A DNA stretch of 32,000 bases from Flavobacteriaceae bacterium. Its GTDB lineage: Bacteria > Bacteroidota > Bacteroidia > Flavobacteriales > Flavobacteriaceae. Below are positions 1-9,306 of this stretch, one piece after another. The DNA is taken from positions 2,460,001-2,492,000 of the forward strand of contig OZ245049.1 in NCBI GenBank assembly GCA_965224465.1, given 5' to 3'. Under the pieces are notes generated by a model. That model had not been told where the DNA came from. It was given only the letters and a program-made list of their open reading frames with translations, and searched no databases. The translations under genes and the position numbers were made by a program. The stretch's first letter is position 1, and every line of letters starts with the position of its first letter.

Positions 1-708
1 AAACTGTAAAACCACATCTACCATGTGCTCCAAAATTTTGGGCCCCGCAATACTTCCTTCTTTATTGATATGACCAATTAACAGTACAGGTGTAGACGTT
101 TCTTTTGCAAATTTGGTCAACTCTGCAGTGGTTTCTCTAATTTGAGAGATACTACCAGGAGATGCCTCAATAAAATCGGTAAACAACGTTTGAATAGAAT
201 CGATCACCACCACATCAGGCCTTTCTTTTTCTATATGTTTAAAAATGTTTTGCGTATTGGTTTCTGTAAGGATCAAACAATCATTATTGTTACATTTTAA
301 ACGATCCGCACGCATTTTAATTTGAGATTGACTCTCTTCACCAGAAACATACAGGATTTTTTTAGGAATGGTTAAAGCTACTTGCAACAACAATGTAGAC
401 TTCCCGATACCCGGTTCACCACCCAGTAATATAACAGATCCTCTAACAATACCACCGCCTAAAACGCGGTCTAACTCTTGGTTATTTGTTGTAATACGAT
501 CCTCCTTTTGTATAGAAATCTCATTAATACTCAAGGGAATCACTTTCCTTTTTTTATCGGAAGACTGTTTCCATTCCCGTTTTTCTTCTTTTTGTGTAAT
601 TTCTTCAACCACGGTATTCCACGCATTGCATGTTGTGCATTTCCCTAACCATTTAGGAAACTGTGCACCACAATTTTGACATAAAAAAATTGATGTTGTT
701 TTTGCCAT
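1..708 (-). CDS. radA: DNA repair protein RadA/Sms, N-terminal 236 aa (gene runs off the left edge)
   Basis: Reverse-strand translation from the ATG (complement of 706-708) reads MAKTTSIFLCQNCGAQFPKWLGKCTTCNAWNT, a C4 zinc ribbon. Further on it reads LLGGEPGIGKSTLLLQ (Walker A) and ends EHMVDVVLQF at the window edge. It is absent from the ORF track because it is open-ended. Confidence 0.9.
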   Translation of the reverse strand, partial: MAKTTSIFLCQNCGAQFPKWLGKCTTCNAWNTVVEEITQKEEKREWKQSSDKKRKVIPLSINEISIQKEDRITTNNQELDRVLGGGIVRGSVILLGGEPGIGKSTLLLQVALTIPKKILYVSGEESQSQIKMRADRLKCNNNDCLILTETNTQNIFKHIEKERPDVVVIDSIQTLFTDFIEASPGSISQIRETTAELTKFAKETSTPVLLIGHINKEGSIAGPKILEHMVDVVLQF

Positions 709-741
709 ATCTATTCAAATCTTAGGACAAAGAAAGGAAAT

Positions 742-1713
742 TTATGACTTCTTATTATAAATCGGAAGGAATAAAAATGACAAAAGTCCAAAAACCAGTA
801 CCATCAAAGTTTGTGCAGTCCACATAATCCAACCAAAAGCTCTTGCAGCATTGTCGTCTACATTGTATAAAATAAGTGCACTCGCAACAAAAACAGGATA
901 TGTCCCCAAGCCACCATTGGTCAATGCCATACTGAGTCCTCCGACTACAAAACCGACAATTATAGCTGTAAAAGGCAAATTTGTAGTTTCTGGCAATGCA
1001 AAAGTCACTGCATAAAACATGGCTAAGTACATCAACCAAATAAAAACAGTATGAAAAACAAACGATCCTTTGTTTTTCATTTTAAAAACACTGATTGCGC
1101 CTTCCATTAACCCGTTGATAAAATGAATGATTTTTACAATAAATGGATGCTTAGATTTTTTTAAATACCTAAAAAGCACAAACCCTACAGCAGGAACGAC
1201 CAAAATAAACATAATTTTAAACCAAACATTACTTCCTCCATCCGCTTTAAATAAATAGCTACTTATCAAATCTGCTTGTAAGAAAAAAGCCAATCCAATA
1301 ATCCCCAAAAGCATTATAACATCCGAAACCCGTTCAGCCACAATAGTTCCAAAAGCTTTTTCAAAAGGAATGCCTTCATATTTTTTTATAGCAGCTGCTC
1401 TTGCCACTTCCCCAGATCTTGGCACTAATAAATTCAATAAATAGGCCAACAAAACAGTCATTACACTATTTGCAAATCTAGGTTTATAACCTAAAGGAGC
1501 CAACAGAAACTGCCAACGATAAGCACGCGAAAGATGACTTAAAACACCAAAAACCAAGGACAAACCTACCCACCAATAATTGGCTGTTCTAAAAGAATTT
1601 TTTATAGATGCCAGATCCGTATCAGATAATTTGGACAAAGAGTACCAAATTAAAAATACTCCCAATAAAATTGGAAGTATTGCAAATATTGATTTTTTAA
1701 GTTTTTTTTTCAA
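742..1713 (-). CDS. Polytopic membrane protein, flippase-like / lysylphosphatidylglycerol-synthase TM-region (UPF0104) family
   Basis: 323-aa ORF with multiple hydrophobic helices. The motif region RAYRWQFLL...LVPRSGEVARA is typical of the UPF0104 family. Confidence 0.55.
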   Translation of the reverse strand: MKKKLKKSIFAILPILLGVFLIWYSLSKLSDTDLASIKNSFRTANYWWVGLSLVFGVLSHLSRAYRWQFLLAPLGYKPRFANSVMTVLLAYLLNLLVPRSGEVARAAAIKKYEGIPFEKAFGTIVAERVSDVIMLLGIIGLAFFLQADLISSYLFKADGGSNVWFKIMFILVVPAVGFVLFRYLKKSKHPFIVKIIHFINGLMEGAISVFKMKNKGSFVFHTVFIWLMYLAMFYAVTFALPETTNLPFTAIIVGFVVGGLSMALTNGGLGTYPVFVASALILYNVDDNAARAFGWIMWTAQTLMVLVFGLLSFLFLPIYNKKS

Positions 1714-1718
1714 AAGGA

Positions 1719-2069
1719 TTATTTCAATAAATTGTTATTTTCATTTGGAAAAACAAGCGCTGGTTTAAACGTTTTTGCTTCGTCTAAATCCATAAAAGCA
1801 TAGGTGATTAAAATAAGAACATCTCCCACAGCAACCAACCTTGCAGCGGCACCATTTAGCGTTATTTCCCCACTATTTCTAGGTCCAGGAATAGCATAAG
1901 TTTCCAAACGCGCCCCATTATTATTATTCACAATCTGCACCTTCTCTCCTTCAATAATTTTGGCGGCATCCATTAAATCTTCATCAATAGTAATACTTCC
2001 GATATAATTTAAATCAGCTCCCGTTACTTTAACTCTATGAATTTTTGATTTTACTACATTTACTAACAT
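1719..2069 (-). CDS. panD: Aspartate 1-decarboxylase
   Basis: 116 aa. The sequence [30 protein letters not shown] contains the conserved G-S self-processing site context. It lies directly downstream of panC. Confidence 0.93.
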   Translation of the reverse strand: MLVNVVKSKIHRVKVTGADLNYIGSITIDEDLMDAAKIIEGEKVQIVNNNNGARLETYAIPGPRNSGEITLNGAAARLVAVGDVLILITYAFMDLDEAKTFKPALVFPNENNNLLK

Positions 2070-2103
2070 GACGCAAAAATACTGTTTTTTTTTAATTAAT
2101 TTG

Positions 2104-2943
2104 TTATAGTTCTATATTATCAATCAATCTGATACTTCCTGCCATTACGGCAACAAAGCCACGATATGCATGATTATGAACTCTTTGAGACACAGGTCTT
2201 AACGTTTCTTCATCCGCAATAGAGAAATACTCCAAGTCCAACAAGGGGTGTTTTTTAAACACATCCTCAACCCATTTCACAACAGAAACAGCATTTTCTG
2301 TGCCAAACTTTTCTTTTGCCATTAGCAGTGTTTTTCTAATAAATGGCGCCGCATTTCTATGATTTTTTGTCAATCTGGCATTTCTAGAACTCATCGCCAA
2401 ACCATCCGATTCTCTAAAAATAGGACAGCCTATTATTTGAATATTCATTTTTTCTACCTTTACCAATGCTTTGATAATTTGCAATTGCTGAAAATCTTTT
2501 TCACCAAAGTACGCATCCGCTGGTTTTACAATTTGAAACAAACGTTTTACAACAGTTCCTACGCCATCAAAATGACCTTTTCTAAAAGCACCTTCCATTT
2601 CATACTCAATCCCACCAAAGTCAAAATGCTCCGACAGCAAACCATCCGCATACATTTCCAAAGCAGAAGGAGTGAAAACAATATCGCAGCCCATGGTCCT
2701 CAACAATTCCATATCTTGATCCATGGTTATTGGATAATTGTCTAAATCTTCTTTTTTATCAAACTGAGTTGGATTGACAAAAATACTGACAACAACAATG
2801 TCATTTTTCTCTTTTGCCTGTTTAATCAATGATAAATGACCTTGATGCAATGCACCCATGGTAGGAACAAAACCGACAGTCATATCAGGGCTAAAGGAGG
2901 CTAATTTTTCTTGTAACAAGTTAATTTTAGCGTATACAAGCAT
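2104..2943 (-). CDS. panC: Pantoate--beta-alanine ligase
   Basis: 279 aa with [14 protein letters not shown] (HxGH nucleotidyltransferase motif), FGEKDFQQ and SSRN motifs. Confidence 0.93.
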   Translation of the reverse strand: MLVYAKINLLQEKLASFSPDMTVGFVPTMGALHQGHLSLIKQAKEKNDIVVVSIFVNPTQFDKKEDLDNYPITMDQDMELLRTMGCDIVFTPSALEMYADGLLSEHFDFGGIEYEMEGAFRKGHFDGVGTVVKRLFQIVKPADAYFGEKDFQQLQIIKALVKVEKMNIQIIGCPIFRESDGLAMSSRNARLTKNHRNAAPFIRKTLLMAKEKFGTENAVSVVKWVEDVFKKHPLLDLEYFSIADEETLRPVSQRVHNHAYRGFVAVMAGSIRLIDNIEL

Positions 2944-2975
2944 AGTTTTATGGTGTTAATATCTGTTAAAGCGCG

Positions 2976-2983
2976 CAAACTTA
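2976..2983 (-). promoter_or_regulatory. Candidate Bacteroidota -7 promoter box for panC-panD
   Basis: The reverse strand reads TAAGTTTG, matching the TAnnTTTG consensus, about 33 nt upstream of the panC ATG. Confidence 0.35.
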
Positions 2984-3017
2984 CGTTTTTTAGCTTCGGA
3001 ATGTACATAAATTATTG

Positions 3018-3025
3018 TAATTTTG
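3018..3025 (+). promoter_or_regulatory. Candidate Bacteroidota -7 promoter box for the glycogen-synthase-like gene
   Basis: TAATTTTG matches TAnnTTTG, about 30 nt upstream of the ATG at 3055. Confidence 0.4.
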
Positions 3026-3054
3026 CATATTGTTTGAAATATTAGACCAATTTT

Positions 3055-3864
3055 ATGAAAGATAAAAGAGTATTATTTGTTTCTGCCGAGGTTGTCCCTT
3101 ATTTACCAGAAAATGAAATGTCAAGAATGTCGTTCGAAAGCGCAAAAAAAGTGCATAGTAAAGGTGGTCAAACACGTATTTTTATGCCCCGATTTGGACT
3201 TATAAACGAGCGTAGACACCAATTACATGAAGTAATCAGACTTTCTGGAATGAATTTAATAATCAATGACATGGACATGCCGTTGATTATAAAAGTTGCC
3301 TCGATCCCTAAGGAACGAATGCAAGTTTATTTTATAGATAACGATGAGTATTTTAAAAGAAAAGCCTTGTTTACAGACGAAGATGAAAAAATGTTTGATG
3401 ACAATGACGAACGAGCTATATTCTTTGCAAAAGGAGTGATAGAGACCGTCAAAAAATTAAACTGGGCACCAGATATCATTCATGTACATGGATGGATGGC
3501 TTCTTTACTCCCCTTATACTTAAAAGAATACTACAAAGACGACCCATTATTTACCAACAGTAAAATTGTCACATCTGTCTATGACAATGGGTTTGAAGGT
3601 ACTTTAAACACAGCACTTACAAAAAAGATTAAATTTGATAACGTGAGTGAAGATAAAATAGCGATTCTGGAAAGTCCTAGTCACTTAAACCTTCTTAAAA
3701 GTGCTATTGATAATTCTGATGCTATTATTAAAGGAAGCAGCACATTGCCAGACGAATTGATCGAACACTTGAATAACAGCAACAAGCCTGTGTTAGATTA
3801 CCAGCCAATGGATGAATTCGGGGAAGCTTATTTAGAGTTTTACAATACGAAAGTATTTGTATAA
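3055..3864 (+). CDS. Short glycogen/starch synthase-like protein (GT5 N-terminal domain type)
   Basis: 269 aa. VLFVSAEVVPY...GGQ...PRFG...HVHGWMASLLPLYLK resembles the starch synthase catalytic N-domain. This short form next to a DUF4270 gene is common in Flavobacteriia. Confidence 0.7.
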   Translation: MKDKRVLFVSAEVVPYLPENEMSRMSFESAKKVHSKGGQTRIFMPRFGLINERRHQLHEVIRLSGMNLIINDMDMPLIIKVASIPKERMQVYFIDNDEYFKRKALFTDEDEKMFDDNDERAIFFAKGVIETVKKLNWAPDIIHVHGWMASLLPLYLKEYYKDDPLFTNSKIVTSVYDNGFEGTLNTALTKKIKFDNVSEDKIAILESPSHLNLLKSAIDNSDAIIKGSSTLPDELIEHLNNSNKPVLDYQPMDEFGEAYLEFYNTKVFV

Positions 3865-3893
3865 ACATTTATAAAACCAAATTATTTATAACA

Positions 3894-5429
3894 ATGAAAA
3901 TTAAAAAATATTTCGCATACCTAGGACTGGCTTCTATAGCTGTCCTAAGCATCGTATCTTGTGAAAAAGAAATAGATAATATTGGAGTAGATTTGATCAA
4001 CAATAAAAAATTCACGACTCAAAGCATCACTTCAAACATTCAATCTAAGACACTAGATATTGAAAGCGTAAAAGCTACAGGAGTTGGACAATACTTACTT
4101 GGAATCTATAAGGACTCAGAAATGGGAAGCCTTAAAGCATCTATCATTGCCCAACTAAGTGTTTCTAGTACTGGAAGTAAATATACCTACGGGACTAATA
4201 TGATTATTGATGAAGTGATTATTGACCTCCCTTACCAAGCAACAAGGTCTAGTAAGAATTATAAGGATGGAAAACCAAAGTACAGCATTGATTCTGTTTT
4301 TGGAAATACAACTCAATCATTCAAAATAAACGTTTATGAACTGGGGACTTATTTGAACAAATTAGACCCAGAACACCCAGAAAAAAAAGCGACGTATTTG
4401 AGCAATAAAACATATGCAAAAGGAACTAGTTTATATGGTGAAAGTTTTAAAATAAACGCAAACGACACTGTTGCGTATGTAAAAAGACATCGATTGGATG
4501 GATCTGTATATGACACAGACACCATAAAAACAAGTAAGGTTACGCCTTCTATTAAATTAAAACTGGACAAATCTGAAATTAAAAAGATTTTTGTTGACAA
4601 CACTAACGGAATTGATTTTAGTTCTTTAGAATCTTTTAGAAAAGGATTCCGAGGATTATATATAGAACCAGAAGCTGAGAACGCCAATCAAACACATTTG
4701 ATATCATTGCTTTTAAATGCTGCCAATATGAAAATTTACTATTCGAATGATGTTGTAAAGGATGAAGGCGCAAAAGAAGACTTAAATGGAAATGGGGTAA
4801 AAGGAGAAAAAGGCGTAACTGTGAGAACAAAACAAACATTTACATTCTCTTTTACAGGGATAAAAACAAACAAGCTTGAGCATGACTATGCCGTCTCAAA
4901 ATCTAGCGGAAACGACCGAATTTACCTCCAAGGAGCAGCTGGAACCGAATCCGTAATTGAATTGTTTATTGACGAAGATACCAAAAAATTAAGAGCTGAA
5001 AACCTATTGATAACAGAAGCTTCACTTATCTTACACATAGATCAAAACGCAGACACTGATTTAATTCCAAAACAGTTGTTTATTTATGACTATTCTAAAA
5101 ACGAACATATTAGAGATATTTTCACAGAAGGAATCTCTGTAGTTGGCGGAACATTGATGAAAGATAGCAAAGGAAAATCCTTGCACAAATACAAATTTAG
5201 TATCACTGATTATATTGCAGATATATTAACTTCTGATAAAGATTTTGAAAGCTTAAAGCTAGGTCTTAGAGTATACAATGGTCCTTCAGAAATGCCTGCA
5301 AACGCTAACGATATTGCTATAAAAAATCAAAGTTGGACTCCAAAAGGAGTGGTTCTATACAATGAATCAGAAACCAACGGAGATAAAAAATTAAAACTAG
5401 ACATTTACTACTCTAAATTAAATAAGTAG
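3894..5429 (+). CDS. Lipoprotein, DUF4270-like
   Basis: 511 aa. The signal peptide has the lipobox LSIVSC. Its position after the glycogen-synthase-like gene and before glmS is conserved. The family assignment is from memory of this synteny. Confidence 0.5.
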   Translation: MKIKKYFAYLGLASIAVLSIVSCEKEIDNIGVDLINNKKFTTQSITSNIQSKTLDIESVKATGVGQYLLGIYKDSEMGSLKASIIAQLSVSSTGSKYTYGTNMIIDEVIIDLPYQATRSSKNYKDGKPKYSIDSVFGNTTQSFKINVYELGTYLNKLDPEHPEKKATYLSNKTYAKGTSLYGESFKINANDTVAYVKRHRLDGSVYDTDTIKTSKVTPSIKLKLDKSEIKKIFVDNTNGIDFSSLESFRKGFRGLYIEPEAENANQTHLISLLLNAANMKIYYSNDVVKDEGAKEDLNGNGVKGEKGVTVRTKQTFTFSFTGIKTNKLEHDYAVSKSSGNDRIYLQGAAGTESVIELFIDEDTKKLRAENLLITEASLILHIDQNADTDLIPKQLFIYDYSKNEHIRDIFTEGISVVGGTLMKDSKGKSLHKYKFSITDYIADILTSDKDFESLKLGLRVYNGPSEMPANANDIAIKNQSWTPKGVVLYNESETNGDKKLKLDIYYSKLNK

Positions 5430-5454
5430 TAATTAACTATAAAAACACAATGCT

Positions 5455-7302
5455 ATGTGTGGAATTACTGGATATATAGGGTTTAGGCAAGCCTACCCTA
5501 TAGTTATAAAAGGATTACAACGTCTCGAATACCGTGGGTATGACAGTGCAGGAGTTATCACATACGATGCAAATGTACACGTGACAAAAACAAAAGGAAA
5601 AGTAAGTGACCTTATGGAGGTTGCCAAAAACGCAAACACCAATGGTACCTTAGGTTTTGGACATACACGATGGGCTACCCATGGTGTTCCAAACGACATC
5701 AATTCTCATCCACACGTATCTAACTCTGGAAACATAGTTATTGTACACAATGGAATTATTGAAAATTACGACAGTATTAAGCAAGAACTTAGTACTCGTG
5801 GCTATACTTTTCAAAGTGATACAGATACGGAAGTACTCGTAAATTTAATCGAAGACACCAAAAAACAAAACAACTGTTTATTGGGGCAGGCCGTTCAAAT
5901 TGCATTAACCAATGTAATAGGCGCTTATGCCATTGCTGTATTTGACAAGGAAAAACCAGACGAAATAATTATTGCTCGTTTAGGAAGTCCTATTGCTATT
6001 GGTATTGGAGAGAACAACAAAGAATTCTTTTTCGCCTCAGATGCTTCACCTTTTGTTGAATACACAAAAAACGTGATTTATTTAGACGATGAAGAACTTG
6101 CCATTTTAAAAGTAGGTCGTGAAATCAAAATACGCAAAATAAATGATGACAGCCCCGTAACTCCATACATTCAAGAACTTCAATTAAACTTAGAAGAAAT
6201 TGAAAAGGGAGGTTATGAACATTTCATGCTCAAAGAAATTCACGAGCAACCAGACGCCATACGAGATACCTTAAGAGGTAGATTGTTAGCAGATGAAGGA
6301 CTTATAAAAATGGGAAGTGTAGACGATCATTTGGACAAATTTACCAATGCAAACCGCATAATTATTGTGGCATGTGGTACCTCTTGGCATGCAGGACTCG
6401 TAGCTGAATATCTCTTTGAAGATTTTGCTCGCGTCCCTGTAGAAGTAGAATACGCCTCTGAATTTAGATACAGAAATCCTATTATTACTCGCAATGATAT
6501 TGTAATTGCCATTTCTCAATCTGGAGAAACAGCAGACACATTAGCCGCTATTAAATTAGCAAAATCAAAAGGAGCATTTGTATTTGGAGTCTGTAATGTA
6601 GTAGGTTCGTCTATTGCTAGAGAAACCGATTCTGGCGCGTACACACACGCTGGCCCTGAGATAGGAGTCGCATCTACCAAAGCCTTTACTACCCAAATGA
6701 CTGTGCTAGCATTGATGGCATTGAAAGTAGGGAAAGCAAAAGGAAACCTGTCACGTTCTATGTATCATTCTTACCTACAAGAATTAAGCTTAATCCCATC
6801 TAAGGTAGCAGAATTATTAAAGCAAAACGACATTATTAAAGAAATAGCTGCCATCTACAAAGACTCGCCTAATTGCTTGTATTTAGGACGTGGTTATAAT
6901 TTCCCAGTAGCCCTTGAAGGCGCTTTGAAATTGAAGGAAATTTCTTATATCCATGCAGAAGGATATCCCGCTGCAGAGATGAAACATGGACCTATTGCTT
7001 TGATTGATGAAAACATGCCTGTGGTAGTAATTGCTACACGTAAAGGACATTATGAAAAAGTAGTAAGCAATATCCAAGAAATAAAATCTAGAGAAGGAAA
7101 AATAATTGCCATTGTTACCAAAGGTGATACTACTGTAAAAGCAATTGCGGATCATGTTATTGAAATCCCAGAAACAGAAGAAGCTTTTACTCCATTTTTA
7201 ACAACAATTCCATTGCAGTTATTGTCTTACCACATTGCAGTAATGAGAGGTTGTAATGTAGATCAACCACGTAACTTAGCAAAATCCGTGACTGTAGAAT
7301 AA
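5455..7302 (+). CDS. glmS: Glutamine--fructose-6-phosphate aminotransferase (isomerizing)
   Basis: 615 aa starting MCGITGY (N-terminal nucleophile Cys), with two SIS domains (GTSWHA, SQSGETADT) and the C-terminal KSVTVE. Confidence 0.97.
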   Translation: MCGITGYIGFRQAYPIVIKGLQRLEYRGYDSAGVITYDANVHVTKTKGKVSDLMEVAKNANTNGTLGFGHTRWATHGVPNDINSHPHVSNSGNIVIVHNGIIENYDSIKQELSTRGYTFQSDTDTEVLVNLIEDTKKQNNCLLGQAVQIALTNVIGAYAIAVFDKEKPDEIIIARLGSPIAIGIGENNKEFFFASDASPFVEYTKNVIYLDDEELAILKVGREIKIRKINDDSPVTPYIQELQLNLEEIEKGGYEHFMLKEIHEQPDAIRDTLRGRLLADEGLIKMGSVDDHLDKFTNANRIIIVACGTSWHAGLVAEYLFEDFARVPVEVEYASEFRYRNPIITRNDIVIAISQSGETADTLAAIKLAKSKGAFVFGVCNVVGSSIARETDSGAYTHAGPEIGVASTKAFTTQMTVLALMALKVGKAKGNLSRSMYHSYLQELSLIPSKVAELLKQNDIIKEIAAIYKDSPNCLYLGRGYNFPVALEGALKLKEISYIHAEGYPAAEMKHGPIALIDENMPVVVIATRKGHYEKVVSNIQEIKSREGKIIAIVTKGDTTVKAIADHVIEIPETEEAFTPFLTTIPLQLLSYHIAVMRGCNVDQPRNLAKSVTVE

Positions 7303-7325
7303 ACACAGCTTATTTTTAACTCCCT

Positions 7326-7356
7326 AAAAAACACCTCTAAAGAGGTGTTTTTTTTA
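7326..7356 (+). terminator. Rho-independent terminator after glmS
   Basis: ACACCTC-taaa-GAGGTGT hairpin followed by a run of about 8 T. Confidence 0.75.
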
Positions 7357-7558
7357 TAAAAAGAGACAGCTAACGATTTACACAATCCTAAAAGAATACC
7401 CTAGATCTACCATAAAGTAACAATGCATACGATCGCATAGTATCAACAAGTACAAAAATCAATACTTTAAATAAATAAAAATAATCGTATTTTGCATTAT
7501 TCGTAAAATATACCCTTTTAATAAAGTCATTTTTATATTAATCTCAGAAAAACTTAAT

Positions 7559-7566
7559 TATATTTG
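7559..7566 (+). promoter_or_regulatory. Candidate -7 promoter box for the ThrE-family gene
   Basis: TATATTTG matches TAnnTTTG, about 25 nt upstream of the TTG start at 7592. Confidence 0.35.
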
Positions 7567-7591
7567 TCGTCTCAACAATAAAATTAAGACT

Positions 7592-8794
7592 TTGAAAATT
7601 CCAAGAAAATATCAATTTATCATCCAATTGGGAAAAGCCTTGCACCTATACGGGGTTCCTTCCTACAAAATACAGCGCTACTTGCAACAAGTTTCAAAAC
7701 GCAAAAACATTTCAGGTAGTTTTATGGATTCACCAACGCGCATTAACTATGTGTTTTACGATAAACACACAGAAGAATCTTTTAGTTATTTAGAATGTGT
7801 AGAACCTGGACAACTTAATTTAGGTGCTATGGCAAAAGTTGTTGAAGTCACAGAACGGGTATTAAACAAGAGCTTGGATTTTGAAGTTGCAAAACGCGCC
7901 TTAAAAATCATCAACCAAAAAACACAACATGTAAATCACATCGTACTAATCCTAGCATATACATGTGGTGCAGCTGCTTTCAGTTTGCTATTGGGCACCA
8001 ATTGGATTTCCTGTTTTGTTTCATTTTTAATGGGCGGAGTGGTGTATTTACTTTCCTTTTTAGGAAGTAAATTTACGTTTATCAATAATACGTTCGAGGC
8101 ATTGGCTTCCTTTACGGTAAGCATACTAATAGGAGTACTATCGCTTTACTTTCCAACAATAAATGTTCCACTCACAATATTAGCAGCCATCATAATATTG
8201 ATCCCTGGAATGGCAATTACAACAGCATTAGAAGAGATTACCTATAAAAGTTTAGTGTCTGGCTCTGCAAAGTTTTTTGATGCCTTTATGTCGCTCTTCA
8301 AACAGTTTTTTGGTGTTTTATTAGCCTTCTCTATTTTTAAAATGATTCATGATATAGACATTGTTAGACCCGCAATACATGACATCCCAAAATGGGTAAG
8401 TTACATGGGAATTCCATTACTTTCTGTCTGCTTACTCCCTATTTTTCAAGTAAGAAAAAAGGATATGTTTTTCAGTATTCTCACATGCATTATTAGCTAT
8501 AGTATTAGTGTCTTTTTCTCATTTTCCGGAATATTACTCAGTACTTTTATTGGTAGTTTAACTGTCGTAATTATCAGTAATATTTTTTCTAGAATTACAG
8601 GATCTCCAAGACTCGTATATATCACTCAGGGAATTATAATGCTTGTACCTGGAAGTAAAGCATTTATTGGAATAAGCTCTGTGTTTTTAGACACCCCTGT
8701 TCAAAATACAGAAAGTATTGGAATGCAAGTTGCATATATATTGATGGGTGTAATTGGCGGCTTGTTATTTTCCGGTCCTCTTAACACAAAATAA
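7592..8794 (+). CDS. Threonine/serine exporter (ThrE) family membrane protein
   Basis: 400 aa with a soluble N-terminal part (LGKALHLYGVPSYKIQRYL) followed by about 10 hydrophobic helices. The start codon is TTG. Confidence 0.6.
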   Translation: MKIPRKYQFIIQLGKALHLYGVPSYKIQRYLQQVSKRKNISGSFMDSPTRINYVFYDKHTEESFSYLECVEPGQLNLGAMAKVVEVTERVLNKSLDFEVAKRALKIINQKTQHVNHIVLILAYTCGAAAFSLLLGTNWISCFVSFLMGGVVYLLSFLGSKFTFINNTFEALASFTVSILIGVLSLYFPTINVPLTILAAIIILIPGMAITTALEEITYKSLVSGSAKFFDAFMSLFKQFFGVLLAFSIFKMIHDIDIVRPAIHDIPKWVSYMGIPLLSVCLLPIFQVRKKDMFFSILTCIISYSISVFFSFSGILLSTFIGSLTVVIISNIFSRITGSPRLVYITQGIIMLVPGSKAFIGISSVFLDTPVQNTESIGMQVAYILMGVIGGLLFSGPLNTK

Positions 8795-8860
8795 AAACAC
8801 CCTGAACAGTATCGGTAATATGTACACACCTGAACAGACGCTCTTTTTTCTTAAATATTA

Positions 8861-8890
8861 AACCTCGTTCAAAACATCGAGGTTTTTTTA
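8861..8890 (+). terminator. Rho-independent terminator after the ThrE-family gene
   Basis: AACCTCG-(10 nt loop)-CGAGGTT hairpin followed by a T run. Confidence 0.6.
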
Positions 8891-9306
8891 TTTATTTTTG
8901 CTAAGTAGCATCATTATAATGATTTTTTTATACAAAAAAACCTAAAAACAACTCCCATAACAACAGTCACCCTAACTTTTTTTACGTATTAGAAAGACAC
9001 CTTCTATAATTTTTAATTTAAAAAAATTACAGGTTCAGCGGAAAACCTGCACCGTAACACCTCAAATAAACGCCGATTTTTCCGGTAACAATCCCCTTTT
9101 ATAGCAAAAAAAATAAATTCTTTTTCAAAACTTAGTATTAGCTAGTGACAATTGTAAATTTTTACGTGTATTTTATATGAAAAAACGAGTATTTTAGTTG
9201 CAAAACCCCTGAATAACCATTGCAAAACCAAAAGCAATACCTTAACATAAAGTTATACGCTCAATATCAAATAAAAGAATATCTTCGCCAAAAAAATAAA
9301 AAATAA

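Noticed and set aside
368-679. 103-aa plus-strand ORF
   Set aside because: It lies entirely antisense to the clearly recognisable radA coding sequence (zinc ribbon and Walker A read on the minus strand). It is a shadow ORF.
8795-9306. 512-bp intergenic region with a duplicated TTGCAAAACC decamer (near 9199 and 9220), checked for tRNA or ncRNA
   Set aside because: I could not fold a cloverleaf or a convincing conserved structure by eye. The short duplicated decamer alone is not enough to call a feature.
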